A stretch of DNA of 64,000 nucleotides from Patescibacteria group bacterium (GTDB lineage: Bacteria; Patescibacteriota; Patescibacteriia; PEXW01). The stretch spans positions 13,719 through 77,718 of the forward strand of contig JBBTVB010000001.1 in NCBI GenBank assembly GCA_038063455.1, given 5' to 3'. Below, piece after piece: positions 18,688-28,900 of the stretch. Positions within the stretch are counted from its first letter, which is position 1; each line of letters opens with the position of its first letter. The notes below the pieces were generated by a model, which was given only the letters and a program-made list of their open reading frames with translations, ran no database searches and was not told the origin of the DNA. The translations under genes were made by a program, and so were the position numbers.

Positions 18688-19821
18688 ATGACCCCGTCGC
18701 GTTGGCTATTCTTTACCGCTGCAGCTACGGCTGCCGCCACGAGCATACTAATAACCGAACCCCAATGGATTCGGGGTGTGGTCGTGTCCGCGCTGCTGGT
18801 TACACTCTACATACGTTGGCGACCAGGTTGGCGCGCAGTGTTTGTGTGCACTTGTATTTTTGCGGGCTTGGCGTTCCGCATCCACGTGAGCCCAACCCTG
18901 GAGCCGGCGCCGCCGGAAATCGGATGGGTGGGCAACGTGCGTGAAGACTTTGTCGAAAAGCTTATTGCCGCCATGCCCGAGCGGGAAGCGCGTCTGGGCG
19001 CGGGTATGCTGCTGGGTGATGTGGCTGAACCGGCAAAAGACCTGGTGCAATCTTTTCGGCGCGCCGGCATTAACCATTTACTCGCGGTATCGGGCGGGAA
19101 CCTGGCCGTCGTCTTAACTTTTATTAGCATTTTGGGTGCCAGCCGGTTTTCGAAGACCACAAATATGTGCGTGGTGCTCGTCGTGGCACCAGCCTTCTGC
19201 TTGCTGACCAATGTGGAAGCGTCCATTTTACGTGCCAGCGTCATGGCCGGGTTGGCGGTTGTCGTCCAGCGCTTGGGTCGGCCGGCGCAAGCCATGAATG
19301 TGCTGGTGGCCGCGGCGTTGCTGCTGGTGTGGGTGTGGCCAGGCTTGCTGTGGGAAAGTGTCGGCTTCCAACTTTCGCTGGCTGCTACCTTTGGGCTAGT
19401 AGCGTTTAGTGGGCCATTGGAAGAGCAGCTTGCGCGTCACCTCCCATCAAGCATTGCAACCGTGCTCGCTGCCACGCTTGGTGCAACTTTGGCTACGCTG
19501 CCACCAAGCTTAGTTACCTTTGGTCAAGTTTCCATTATTGGCCCGTTCGTAAATATTATAGTGGTGCCGCTGGTGCCTTTGGTCATGGCCTGCGTGGGTG
19601 CGGTGGCGGGTATGAGCATCCTGTTGCCCTTCCTGGCTACCTACGTTGGCTCGGCAGCATGGGCAGTGTTGCACGCAATTGAGTTGGTCGTGCTGTATGC
19701 CAGCCGGTTACCAGCCGCCAGTGTCTTGCTGCCCAGCAGTGCTGCGCTGGGGTTAGCTGGTATCATTACGTTTGCCTCACTCCGATTATCCCGACGTCAT
19801 GTCCGCCCCCTCTTCGACTAA
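18688..19821 (+). CDS. comEC: ComEC/Rec2 competence channel, membrane domain
   Basis: Polytopic membrane protein with the AGINHLLAVSGGNLAVV signature. Confidence 0.85.
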   Translation: MTPSRWLFFTAAATAAATSILITEPQWIRGVVVSALLVTLYIRWRPGWRAVFVCTCIFAGLAFRIHVSPTLEPAPPEIGWVGNVREDFVEKLIAAMPEREARLGAGMLLGDVAEPAKDLVQSFRRAGINHLLAVSGGNLAVVLTFISILGASRFSKTTNMCVVLVVAPAFCLLTNVEASILRASVMAGLAVVVQRLGRPAQAMNVLVAAALLLVWVWPGLLWESVGFQLSLAATFGLVAFSGPLEEQLARHLPSSIATVLAATLGATLATLPPSLVTFGQVSIIGPFVNIIVVPLVPLVMACVGAVAGMSILLPFLATYVGSAAWAVLHAIELVVLYASRLPAASVLLPSSAALGLAGIITFASLRLSRRHVRPLFD

Positions 19822-20659
19822 AATGTGGGCCCTGCGGTTTGCTTTGCTCGTTGTTGTGCTGGCAGCGGGCGTTACCTGGTCGTCGGGCCGCGAGCCAGCA
19901 GCATTGCGCGTGTGGTTTGCCGATGTCGGTCAGGGCGATGGCATCATTCTCCGCACCCCCAGCCGCGATACGATTGTGGTGGATGGGGGAGTGCATCAAG
20001 ATTTCGTGCAAGAAGTTGACAGCCATATTCCCATCAACGACCGCGCTATAGATTTGCTGGTGGCCACGCACGCCGATGCGGACCATATCACCGGCCTCGT
20101 GGGTGTGGTGGAAAGTGGGCGCGTCGCCAATGCGCTGATAAATCGTGATGCGATGAAGCAGACCAAAATCTACCAGCGATTGCTCACCGCATTAGAAAAG
20201 TATCACGTCAACGTTATCGAGGCGCAAGCTGGGCAGGGATACACTTTTGGTGACGTGCGCGTTCAGGTGCTGTGGCCAACCATTGAAGGCTTGGCGCACG
20301 CTAAAGAGAGCAATGAAAAATCTATTGTGCTGCGGGTGTCGTATGGCAGCCAGGATATTTTGCTCACCGGTGACGCGCCCGACACGGCAGAAAAGCAGTT
20401 GCTGGAGCAGGGGAGTAATGTGGCCGCAGAAGTGCTCAAAGTTGGCCACCATGGCAGCAAGTACTCTACAACCGAGGCTTTTCTTACTTCTGTCCACCCA
20501 AACATTGCCGTGGTATCCGTCGGCGCAAAGAATCGTTACGGCCATCCCGCAGCCCGGGTGCTGGAGCTGCTCGAGAAGCAGGGGATCCAGATTTTCCGCA
20601 CAGACCTGCTAGGCGACGTATTGGTGGAGTGTTCAGTGACGCAATGCCAGGTGCGCTAG
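19799..20659 (+). CDS. membrane-anchored metallo-beta-lactamase-fold protein (ComEC C-terminal domain as a separate ORF)
   Basis: DVGQGDGIIL, HADADH and KVGHHGSKYS blocks with its own N-terminal TM helix. Overlaps the comEC ORF by 23 nt in another frame. Confidence 0.85.
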   Translation: MSAPSSTKMWALRFALLVVVLAAGVTWSSGREPAALRVWFADVGQGDGIILRTPSRDTIVVDGGVHQDFVQEVDSHIPINDRAIDLLVATHADADHITGLVGVVESGRVANALINRDAMKQTKIYQRLLTALEKYHVNVIEAQAGQGYTFGDVRVQVLWPTIEGLAHAKESNEKSIVLRVSYGSQDILLTGDAPDTAEKQLLEQGSNVAAEVLKVGHHGSKYSTTEAFLTSVHPNIAVVSVGAKNRYGHPAARVLELLEKQGIQIFRTDLLGDVLVECSVTQCQVR

Positions 20660-20854
20660 CGGCAGAGGTTGACAAATTGACCACTTCTTGCTACTGTACA
20701 GCGTTACAAACAATAGGAAACTATTGGCTGTAGCCTCGGCCACAAGCTGAGCGTTCGTTGACAAGTGAATAACAAGTTAGCGAAAAAGATAGTAAATAAT
20801 ATGAAGTAACGTTATAAACGACTTCCGCCAATGGCGAGGAGTAGGAGGTTTCTC

Positions 20855-22684
20855 ATGTCTGAGCAAAACCGTGGTCCAAGAAGAGGTCCACAAAATCACG
20901 ATGACCGCCCAAAAGGTGGTAATCGCACACAAGATGATCGTACTGCTATCCATGCATTGCAAATCACCAAGTGTGTCTATGATCCCTACATTTCTGCCCT
21001 GGTGGTAGAAGTACAAGCAGTTCGCGGGAAAAAACCCTGGCGAACCACAATGCTTGAGCTCCTCGTCAATGGTAGTCCGGTTTTCACTGACACAACCAAT
21101 TGGTCTGGCATTTTGAAGTTCCTTATTAAGGATTTTAAATTGCCGATTAATAAACACCGCGTGACAGTTCGTGCGGTTGGCATGCTAGATGGTGACGAAA
21201 ATGAATTAACCATCCAAGCTTCTGAGCTTTTTGATGTCCTGCCCACGAGTGCCGTACCATCAAATGCTGTGCGCGCAAGTGTGCAGCATGTAGTAGAGAC
21301 ACAAGAGAACGCCTTTGCGGTTACTTGCGTTGTTTCCACTACACGTAACGACATTGTTGTGCCAGATGTGAAGGTGGATTTAGTAGGTTATTCCGAAACT
21401 GTACAGACCGTACAAACTGGTCCGCATGGTGAAGCGAAGGCGGTTCTCATTCTTCCATTTTTGGAAGATGGATCAAAAAGACTCGTACCTATCCGTGCAA
21501 TTGTGCAAGGGGTTGGTACAGTATTTTCTGATATTCTTGAATTGATTCCCCCGCCCGAACCCATCCCGTATCATGTCGATTTTAGCGACCCAGAGCAGAT
21601 GGAAACAAAAGGGACGTATACGGTTCGGGCAAAGGCCGAGTATAAAGACGGGCAGCCAGTGAAAGGTGCGCGTCTTACTGTCACCGGTTTTGGTAACGAG
21701 AAGCCCTTCGTTACCAATCTGCATGGGGTGGCAATCCTTGAGCTTGCTTGCGATCCGAACACCGATTGGACGAAATTCCGAGTCGATGTTTCGGGCAACA
21801 AGCAGAGCCAAATCTACGATTTACCCAGCGCGCTCGGGCAAGAATCCCGCGCTGTAAAGAGTGAAGAGAAGTTGTTGCTTCCCGTCCCTGTCCCGCAGCA
21901 TTTCATGCAGGCTTTCCGTCGTGGGGCCAGGATTATTCAGTACACACCGAATACCCAGCCGCCGCCATCGCCTGGTTTACTTGTGAGCAATCTTGCCGTA
22001 CCTACAGTTAAAGCGAGCCGCTTACAGCGCAAGACAAAAGCATTTACGCGTTTTGTCCGACGTAACGGCCGGCCGACTATAGTGTATGGTGTGGTTCGCC
22101 CGATTGCTGGCCTCCTCGGTTTTTGCTGGGGCACCAACAATCGACGTTCAAACATCCTGCTGTTTCTGGGCGTGCCAGTAATGTTTGCCTGGGTTGCCTG
22201 GACCCTTATGCTTGCCGTGCAAGCCTACCTCCAGCATCCCGTAAGCGAGCAATTGCCGAATGTGGTGGCGGGTGTCGAAACCACCCTCACTGCATACCGC
22301 AGCGTACCAATGAGCATTGGGAATTTTTTCCTGCTTGTTGGTGGAACTCTACTGCTCTCGCTGTTTGCAATGCCATACTGGGTAATTGCGCGGCGGGAAG
22401 AAATAGAGCGAGGTTTCAAGACTATCAAGCACCGCTTACAGCCTCATTCTGGGGGCGTGATTGAGCTTGAAGAGCCTGGCTTAGCAAAGCAGTGGGTGCA
22501 AACGTTACTCGCCAACCAGAAAAGACTTTCACAACAACCAACAACGAACACTGCAAATGCAACACCTGTAACTGTGGCGACTGCGCCAGCAGCGAGCGGC
22601 CATGGAACCTTGCTGATGCTTTTGACCATTGCGGAAGTTGTTGATTGGGTGTACACGATTTACAAAAAGCTTGTGAGAAGGTAA
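20855..22684 (+). CDS. large hypothetical protein: N-terminal beta-sandwich-like repeats, C-terminal TM helices
   Basis: GGAGTAGGAGGTTTCTC-ATG at 20855; AT-richer by eye; no family recognised. Confidence 0.7.
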   Translation: MSEQNRGPRRGPQNHDDRPKGGNRTQDDRTAIHALQITKCVYDPYISALVVEVQAVRGKKPWRTTMLELLVNGSPVFTDTTNWSGILKFLIKDFKLPINKHRVTVRAVGMLDGDENELTIQASELFDVLPTSAVPSNAVRASVQHVVETQENAFAVTCVVSTTRNDIVVPDVKVDLVGYSETVQTVQTGPHGEAKAVLILPFLEDGSKRLVPIRAIVQGVGTVFSDILELIPPPEPIPYHVDFSDPEQMETKGTYTVRAKAEYKDGQPVKGARLTVTGFGNEKPFVTNLHGVAILELACDPNTDWTKFRVDVSGNKQSQIYDLPSALGQESRAVKSEEKLLLPVPVPQHFMQAFRRGARIIQYTPNTQPPPSPGLLVSNLAVPTVKASRLQRKTKAFTRFVRRNGRPTIVYGVVRPIAGLLGFCWGTNNRRSNILLFLGVPVMFAWVAWTLMLAVQAYLQHPVSEQLPNVVAGVETTLTAYRSVPMSIGNFFLLVGGTLLLSLFAMPYWVIARREEIERGFKTIKHRLQPHSGGVIELEEPGLAKQWVQTLLANQKRLSQQPTTNTANATPVTVATAPAASGHGTLLMLLTIAEVVDWVYTIYKKLVRR

Positions 22685-22689
22685 GAAAC

Positions 22690-23607
22690 ATGAATAAGCA
22701 TTTGAATGGAAAAGAAGTGTTTTGGGCTATTGCTCTTACCTGGGTAATAGCGATACTCATTGCAACACAATGGGCTATCCCAAGTTGGTGCGAGTATATA
22801 CCAGGAGTAATTACCGCGCTCTTACTAGCTGCGTGGTTTCGTTACTGGGCAACGATCGTAGTGGGGGCACTGGTTACCCTGCTGTTGATGTATAGCCTCT
22901 TTTCGAAAGCTGCTTCAGCGTACGAATCTGTGCGTGACCCGTTAACAGTTACGCTTGAGAAGACTGATCGCACGTTAAAGAATAATGTCAGCCGCGAGGT
23001 TGGCAGGATTACCAGCAACCTTGACAGTGGTTCGATTCAGCTTTCGCAAGCAAAAAAGGATTCTATCCTTGCTGCTGCAAAAGTGTATCGCAAAAATCAG
23101 GAATTCCTACAGCAAGTTGCAGAAACAGCGCAGTTGAAGCAAGCGTCTAGTCCGCAACACCCACAGCTAAAAGACTCGGTTACAAGTGACTCATTGAACA
23201 TCGATACGCTGCTGAACTTGCAGAGTAACGAGCCGCTAACCTTTGTAGTGAAGCAAGGTTGGCGTGCAACAGTGTGCGTAGACTCGGCATGGTATTGCCC
23301 CGATCAGGTGTACGACAAGAAAATTGCTGGTATCCAAGATTGGTGGTGTGATGAAAAGGGCTACAACCGAAATGCGAGTGGCTTTCCGGATGCAGAAGAA
23401 TGCCGCGCGTCAGACGTCAATCGGTATGCGGTTATCTACAGCCAGAACAGCAGTCCCTGGCTACCCTTGCATAATGCACAGAGTAAGACCATCGTGCTTG
23501 CTGAGGAAGGCGATGCCACCTTGGAATTTTCCATTAACGATCCGCTCGACGGTTTCGAAAGCAACAAAGGCGCGGTACGGATCAGCATCCGCCTTGAACC
23601 TTTGTAA
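22690..23607 (+). CDS. hypothetical membrane protein with a Cys-rich C-terminal domain (possibly lectin/PA-IL-like)
   Basis: Starts 6 nt after the previous stop. Two or three TM helices. The tail ...ATLEFSINDPLDGFESNKGAVRISI recalls the l.iND...DN.G pattern. Confidence 0.65.
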   Translation: MNKHLNGKEVFWAIALTWVIAILIATQWAIPSWCEYIPGVITALLLAAWFRYWATIVVGALVTLLLMYSLFSKAASAYESVRDPLTVTLEKTDRTLKNNVSREVGRITSNLDSGSIQLSQAKKDSILAAAKVYRKNQEFLQQVAETAQLKQASSPQHPQLKDSVTSDSLNIDTLLNLQSNEPLTFVVKQGWRATVCVDSAWYCPDQVYDKKIAGIQDWWCDEKGYNRNASGFPDAEECRASDVNRYAVIYSQNSSPWLPLHNAQSKTIVLAEEGDATLEFSINDPLDGFESNKGAVRISIRLEPL

Positions 23608-23630
23608 GTAAACATTGTACCCTTCAACCA

Positions 23631-23666
23631 AGAGCACGTCGTCTTACGATGTGCTCTTTTCTTTTT
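23631..23666 (+). terminator. intrinsic terminator
   Basis: AGAGCACGTCG / CGATGTGCTCT stem followed by a T-rich run. Confidence 0.75.
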
Positions 23667-23709
23667 GTTTACAATATGCTACAATACATACAGAAACAAA
23701 AATTTCCCA

Positions 23710-26088
23710 ATGAAAAATATACTTATGCCTACACACGCTCGTTTGCGCGTGCTCGCACTTTCCGCTCTGGTTATCAGCGCGGCGTTTTTGTTTACCCCCA
23801 CGGTACAGGCTGCCTATGGCGATGTCTCGACTTTTTTAGGAAAAATGTATAGCGGCGATGGCGGCACACGTACCAATGCCCTTTTGGATTTTCCCGAAGA
23901 CTTCGAAGTTACCAGCAATGGGACCTTCTACATTGCAGACACGTATAACAATGTTATTCGTAAAGTCACACCCGCTGGTGTTGTGTCCACATTCGCCGGA
24001 ACAGGGGAATATGGCAATAAAGATGGTGCAGGGACGAGCGCAACCTTTGCTTTACCACGCGGCATAACCCTGGATAGCAGCGGCAATGTATACGTGGCCG
24101 ACTCTGCGAACAATGCAGTTCGAAAAATTACCCCAGCGGGCGTAGTTACGACATTGGTCAAAACCGGTTTAAAAAATCCGCAAGGCGTGACGCTACATAG
24201 CAGCACGCTTTTTATTGCCGATACGGATGGCAATGCGATCCGCAAAGTACGCACCACCGGCGGCAAGCTGCTGACTGTTTCGACACTGGTCAAGAAACCA
24301 AAGAAGCTTGCGCTCTCTGCAGATAGTGCGTCACTGTACGTGGCAGACAGTGGTTCGTACCGCGTGTTAGAAGTGAACATTGGTACAGGGTCGGCCAGCG
24401 TCGTTGCTGGTTCTGGCGCGGCGGGCTACTGGGAAGGCACGGGTGCGGCCGCGCAGTTTCGCAACGTTTGGGGCGTCACCCGGGATGGCAACACATTATA
24501 CGTCAGCGATGGCAACGGTCTCACTGACTACATTCGTACCATTGATTTAACGACCAAAGCCACAAGTCTCTTTGCGACGGATTTCCGCATGCGAGATTTA
24601 AACCTCCCAGTGGGCCTGCGCGTTTTTGGTGCAAACGTCTACGTTGCAAACTCAGGCATTGGTACGATCCACCGCTATAGCAAAACCGCGCCAAGCGATG
24701 AAGATGCGTACATTGGTTCAGTGCGTTTCGGCGACACGAACGGCGCTCAAGCCGATGTGCTGTTGGGGCGGCCAACGGCGTTTGCCATAACCCAGGATGG
24801 CAGCACTATGTACGCAGCCGTGAACAACCACGTGCGCAAGATTATTTTAGCTACCGGAGAAACGTCGGCAGTTATTGGCGATATCATTGATGACTACGGC
24901 GAAGGCCCAGCGGATCAAGTGAACCCACGAGTTCGCTTTAGTAGCATTGCGTCGCTTGTTCTAAGCCCTGATGACAGCACGCTCTACGTGACCGACCGTT
25001 GGAATAATCGTATTCGAAAGATACACGTAACTACCCCAGCTGTCTCCGCACTTATTTCTGGCGCGGGGCTTATCAACTCCAACGGCAGCATGGACAACGG
25101 CTACCAAGAGGGCGGTACCTGCGCTACCCAGAGTTTAGCCCAAGCAGGGTGTGCGTACTTTCGGGGGCCTCAGGGCATCGCCGTTTCGCCGGACGGCACC
25201 ACCCTGTATGTTGCCGACTCGGGGAACAATCGTATTCGTACGGTAAACAGTAGCAGCGGCCAAACCGCATTGCTGGCTGGTGGCAGCGCAGGATATGTAG
25301 ACGGCGTGGGTAGCGCTGCGAAGTTCCGCGCGCCCAAACGTCTGGCGCTGAGTTTGGACGGGACGACGCTCTACGTCGCGGATACTGGCAACAGTAGCAT
25401 TCGCGCTATTGTGGTTGCGACGGGCAAAGTGACCACCCTGGCTGGCAGTAAAGTTGGGTACGCGGAAGGTAAGGGAAGCGGCGCGGCCTTCTCATTGCCA
25501 AGTGGTTTGGCCATGGGTCCGGACAACCTCTTGTACCTGACGAGTTCTGGTTCTAGCCATGTGATGGTAGTAAACACTCAGACCGGCCTTTCCACGCTCG
25601 TTGCTGGTTCCGGCAAGCTTGGCTATCGTGATGGCGGCCGCTTGGTTACCCGGTTTAATGGGCTAGGGAGTTTAGCCATAAGTCGTGATGGTACAAAACT
25701 CTACGTTGCCGATAGTAACAATGACCTTATACGGATTGTTGACGTACGGGGTGGTCCAAAATTTGGTTTACCTGCTCCAGTTTTTAGTCGCTTCTTAGTG
25801 AGTAAGCTTAAGCAGGCAAAAGTCAACACGCAGACCGCCTACCTCGATATTTTTGGTAAGCACTTTCGCAGCGCAGCCAGCGTTACCGTCGGGCCGTACA
25901 AAGTAAAAACTTTTGTTAAAAGTAGTACAAACATGAATATGCTTATCCCGTACGGCAAAATGCAACCTGGCTACTACGATGTAAAAATTGTTAATCGCGA
26001 TACACAACAAGTTATCAAAAAAGGCGCCTTTGCCATAACCGATAGTAAGGGGAAAATACCCTCAGTATTTTTCCGAATCACGCCCTAG
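23710..26088 (+). CDS. secreted NHL-repeat beta-propeller protein with a C-terminal IPT/TIG-like domain
   Basis: Signal peptide ...TPTVQA. Many repeats of the form LYVADSGNNRIRKV. Confidence 0.85.
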   Translation: MKNILMPTHARLRVLALSALVISAAFLFTPTVQAAYGDVSTFLGKMYSGDGGTRTNALLDFPEDFEVTSNGTFYIADTYNNVIRKVTPAGVVSTFAGTGEYGNKDGAGTSATFALPRGITLDSSGNVYVADSANNAVRKITPAGVVTTLVKTGLKNPQGVTLHSSTLFIADTDGNAIRKVRTTGGKLLTVSTLVKKPKKLALSADSASLYVADSGSYRVLEVNIGTGSASVVAGSGAAGYWEGTGAAAQFRNVWGVTRDGNTLYVSDGNGLTDYIRTIDLTTKATSLFATDFRMRDLNLPVGLRVFGANVYVANSGIGTIHRYSKTAPSDEDAYIGSVRFGDTNGAQADVLLGRPTAFAITQDGSTMYAAVNNHVRKIILATGETSAVIGDIIDDYGEGPADQVNPRVRFSSIASLVLSPDDSTLYVTDRWNNRIRKIHVTTPAVSALISGAGLINSNGSMDNGYQEGGTCATQSLAQAGCAYFRGPQGIAVSPDGTTLYVADSGNNRIRTVNSSSGQTALLAGGSAGYVDGVGSAAKFRAPKRLALSLDGTTLYVADTGNSSIRAIVVATGKVTTLAGSKVGYAEGKGSGAAFSLPSGLAMGPDNLLYLTSSGSSHVMVVNTQTGLSTLVAGSGKLGYRDGGRLVTRFNGLGSLAISRDGTKLYVADSNNDLIRIVDVRGGPKFGLPAPVFSRFLVSKLKQAKVNTQTAYLDIFGKHFRSAASVTVGPYKVKTFVKSSTNMNMLIPYGKMQPGYYDVKIVNRDTQQVIKKGAFAITDSKGKIPSVFFRITP

Positions 26089-28171
26089 TTGGTGGCGCAA
26101 TGCGTCGGCGACGTTTGACCAGCCAGGTCCCGCCGATCAGCAGTAGTACACTACAGCCGCTTACCAAGGCGCCCAAGCGAACGCTGGTTGGTTCGTAGCG
26201 GAAGCTGATCGTATGCGTGCCAGTGGGTACGCTTACGCCGAGGAAGCTGGTGTTGACCTTTAGTACCGGTGCTGTTTTTTCATCAATGCGGGCTTGCCAC
26301 CCCGGATACCACTGCAGGTTAGTAACGACAACGGTCGAACCCGTTGTTTTTACTTCAGCTTCCAGGTTCGTTGCTTCCTGCGTATGTATTCGAATAGTAA
26401 CCAACGCACTCGCATCTATAGCAGGCACAGCACCTGTCACCAGTGCCTCGGTGGCTGGATTAATATTCTGTATCGCCGCGGGGTTACTGCTAGCGACGAG
26501 TCGCTGCACTGCATGGATGGGCGGCACGGGGGCAATGTGCTCTGCCAATGTCCAACGGCCTTGCGTGTTAAGCGCGCGCCAATCTGGCGGCAGGGGCTGG
26601 AGGGTCAAAACCGTTTGTGTCCCGGTTACGGCAAGGACTTGGGTATTTGGTGATCGCACCACTAGCTGATTCTTTTTTACCAGTTGGCTGTTTGCACGCC
26701 ACAATTCTAAGTAGGACAGCGGGTAGAGCGAATCATACCCAAAGATTGTGGGTATGCCATAGGCCATGTACTGGCTGAGGTCGCTATCTCTCGACCAAAG
26801 TCGCCCAGTTGTCGTGGCTTGCGCGGTTGCTTCCAGGATAGGTGATGTGGGGTACAGGTCGGCCCGAGGCCCAAAGGGCAGAACGTGCTGCCATTGCCAA
26901 AGTCCAACCACAACTAGCGCAGCCAGTGCAATTCTGCCGCCCCAGTGCTGGAAGCGTTGGCCAAGTATTTCTGCACCCAGGCCAGCGAGAATTGCCGCAC
27001 CAAACGTCAAGAAAAAGGAAAAGCGCCATACGGTGGCTAAGGCAAGGGGAGGGATAGTTTGGCTAATGAGCAATCCCTTAAGTGTGGGAAACGCAATGAA
27101 TACACCAACGACGGCTACGGTGCTAGCTGCAACCCACCAAAGTCTTCGTCGCCAGGCTGCAAAAGAGAGCATGGCCAACAACAGCACCACGGGGCCAATG
27201 TACAAATTTCCTTCCAGGTAGTTTGCCGGACCACGGAAATTTTTTGCGTTCCCAAGAATGTTCGGGTCTGCCAGAGTGGCAAAGGCGCGGAGGTTGCGGG
27301 TTTCAAGATTAAACAGCACACTTGGCCGCACTAACTGCGACCAACGTGCAGGCGCTGGTTGCCGATACGCATAACGCGAAGCCTCTGCAATAGGCAGTAA
27401 TTGTATTGCACTCAAACCTATGCCAAGAACGAAAGCAATTGTAAAAAGGCCAAGACGTTTTTGCCATTGGTTGCGTTGCCAGAAGGCCACCGCCCAAATA
27501 CCGCTAACCAGCATAACCAGCAAGCCAATTTGCACTTGGCCACTAAAAAATGTCGCCATGGTAAGCAGGGCAATACCCACGACCCAACGCCAAGCCAGGG
27601 TACGGTGCAAACCTTGAATGGCCCACACAAGCCAGGGTAGCCATGCGGCGACCGCGCTCATGATGCTGGTGGTGCTCCACAATACAAATGGTGCACTTAA
27701 TACATACGCCAGACCAGCAAGGATACGCGATGACCGGCGCCAGCCCCAAGCTCCAGCGCACACGTACAGTCCAAGGCCACCAAGTAGGAATTGGCCGAGT
27801 ATGGAGAATGTAAAGCTCACCGCTGGTGGCAAAGACCAGAAGAGCGCCTTAAGTGGCGAGAGTACTGCTGCCTGGCCATTGGCAAAGAACGGTGTACCGG
27901 CAAAGATGAGCGGATTCCAAAGCGGAAGCTTGCCTTGCCGAATAGCCGCGTTCGTAAAGACGTGGTATGGGTAGGCTTGTACCAGTGAGTCATGTAACAA
28001 GCTGTGTTCTGGCCCATCTGTAGTGATAACCGGTAAAATCTTTGAAAGGTAGCCGACGCCTAAAGGCACATAGCCACGCAGGACGGGCCCAAACAGAAAG
28101 AGTGTGACTCCAGCAAAAATGATGACGGCAACTACGGGACCACGTCGAAAAAATGCAAGAATGCGTGACAT
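26078..28171 (-). CDS. YfhO-family membrane glycosyltransferase-like protein
   Basis: Polytopic protein with GKLPLWNPLIFAGTPFFANGQ and a C-terminal WYPGWQARIDEK...GTHTISFRYEP block typical of YfhO. Confidence 0.8.
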   Translation of the reverse strand: MSRILAFFRRGPVVAVIIFAGVTLFLFGPVLRGYVPLGVGYLSKILPVITTDGPEHSLLHDSLVQAYPYHVFTNAAIRQGKLPLWNPLIFAGTPFFANGQAAVLSPLKALFWSLPPAVSFTFSILGQFLLGGLGLYVCAGAWGWRRSSRILAGLAYVLSAPFVLWSTTSIMSAVAAWLPWLVWAIQGLHRTLAWRWVVGIALLTMATFFSGQVQIGLLVMLVSGIWAVAFWQRNQWQKRLGLFTIAFVLGIGLSAIQLLPIAEASRYAYRQPAPARWSQLVRPSVLFNLETRNLRAFATLADPNILGNAKNFRGPANYLEGNLYIGPVVLLLAMLSFAAWRRRLWWVAASTVAVVGVFIAFPTLKGLLISQTIPPLALATVWRFSFFLTFGAAILAGLGAEILGQRFQHWGGRIALAALVVVGLWQWQHVLPFGPRADLYPTSPILEATAQATTTGRLWSRDSDLSQYMAYGIPTIFGYDSLYPLSYLELWRANSQLVKKNQLVVRSPNTQVLAVTGTQTVLTLQPLPPDWRALNTQGRWTLAEHIAPVPPIHAVQRLVASSNPAAIQNINPATEALVTGAVPAIDASALVTIRIHTQEATNLEAEVKTTGSTVVVTNLQWYPGWQARIDEKTAPVLKVNTSFLGVSVPTGTHTISFRYEPTSVRLGALVSGCSVLLLIGGTWLVKRRRRIAPPTRA

Positions 28172-28395
28172 GCTATTAGCCTAGGGGATTTTGCTAACAA
28201 CGACAAACGCTCAGTCACCACGTTGTGGCCCCAATGGGTCGCCAGCTTTGATTCCTTCAATACGGGGTCCCCGCGAATGTGGTGCGCACCCTGAGCTTGT
28301 CGAAGGGGAGCACGCGTTCGTGGGGTAAAGCGAGGATTCGCACGCAACCCGAAGAACCACCTTCGGTGGGGCGAAGGGTGAAGAGCGAAACGAGC

Positions 28396-28619
28396 TGGCG
28401 GACCCGAAGGGAATCGTCACTGCGTGACCGGCTTGCTCCCGATGGGTCGCAAGCTTCGATTCCCTTCAGACAAACGATCAGTCACCACGTTATGGTGCCT
28501 GTTCGTTTGGCGGACCCGAAGGGAATCGTCACTGCGTGACCGGCTTGCTCCCGATGGGTCGCAAGCTTCGATTCCCTTCAGACAAACGATCAGTCACCAC
28601 GTTATGGTGCCTGTTCGTT
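28396..28619 (-). repeat. perfect tandem repeat, 2 x 112 bp; each unit ends (minus strand) in the last 20 nt of tRNA-Asp including CCA
   Basis: Units 28396-28507 and 28508-28619 are identical by my reading. Internal helix GAAGGGAATCG/CGATTCCCTTC plus smaller hairpins. Confidence 0.9.
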
Positions 28620-28728
28620 TGGCGGACCCGAAGGGAATCGAACCCTCGATCTTCTCCGTGACCCGCGCACCACACGCACTAGGCTCGTGTGTGCGGGGCA
28701 GGCAGGGAGACGGTGCAGCGCTGTCGGC
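28620..28728 (-). repeat. partial tRNA-Asp copy (anticodon stem to CCA) with an insertion of about 40 nt in the anticodon loop
   Basis: CACCGTCTCCCTG + CCTGCCCCGCACACACGAGCCTAGTGCGTGTGGTGCGCGG + GTCACGGAGAAGATCGAGGGTTCGATTCCCTTCGGGTCCGCCA. No acceptor or D-arm 5' part. Confidence 0.85.
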
Positions 28729-28804
28729 TGGCGGACCCGAAGGGAATCGAACCCTCGATCTTCTCCGTGACAGGGAGACGTGTTAACCGCTACACTACGG
28801 GTCC
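28729..28804 (-). tRNA. tRNA-Asp (anticodon GUC), CCA encoded
   Basis: GGACCCG-TA-GTGT-AGCGGTTA-ACAC-G-TCTCC-CTGTCAC-GGAGA-AGATC-GAGGG-TTCGATT-CCCTT-CGGGTCC-G-CCA folds as a canonical cloverleaf. Confidence 0.92.
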
Positions 28805-28877
28805 AACCGACAACGCTGCAAACTCTTTTGACGTGCTCGCCCCGTACCATCCGAGCACCAGCGAGGATTGGTGCGGG

Positions 28878-28900
28878 GTTAACCGCTACACTACGGGTCC
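28878..28900 (-). repeat. 23-nt copy of the tRNA-Asp 5' end (acceptor 5' strand plus D-arm)
   Basis: GGACCCGTAGTGTAGCGGTTAAC is identical to positions 1-23 of the gene 73 nt downstream (minus strand), then diverges. Confidence 0.85.

Noticed and set aside
28396-28728. Regularly spaced direct repeats (112/112/109 bp) near a tRNA looked like a possible CRISPR-type array.
   Set aside because: The 'spacers' are identical between units, so it is a plain tandem duplication. The repeat is a tRNA 3' end. No cas genes are present in the window.
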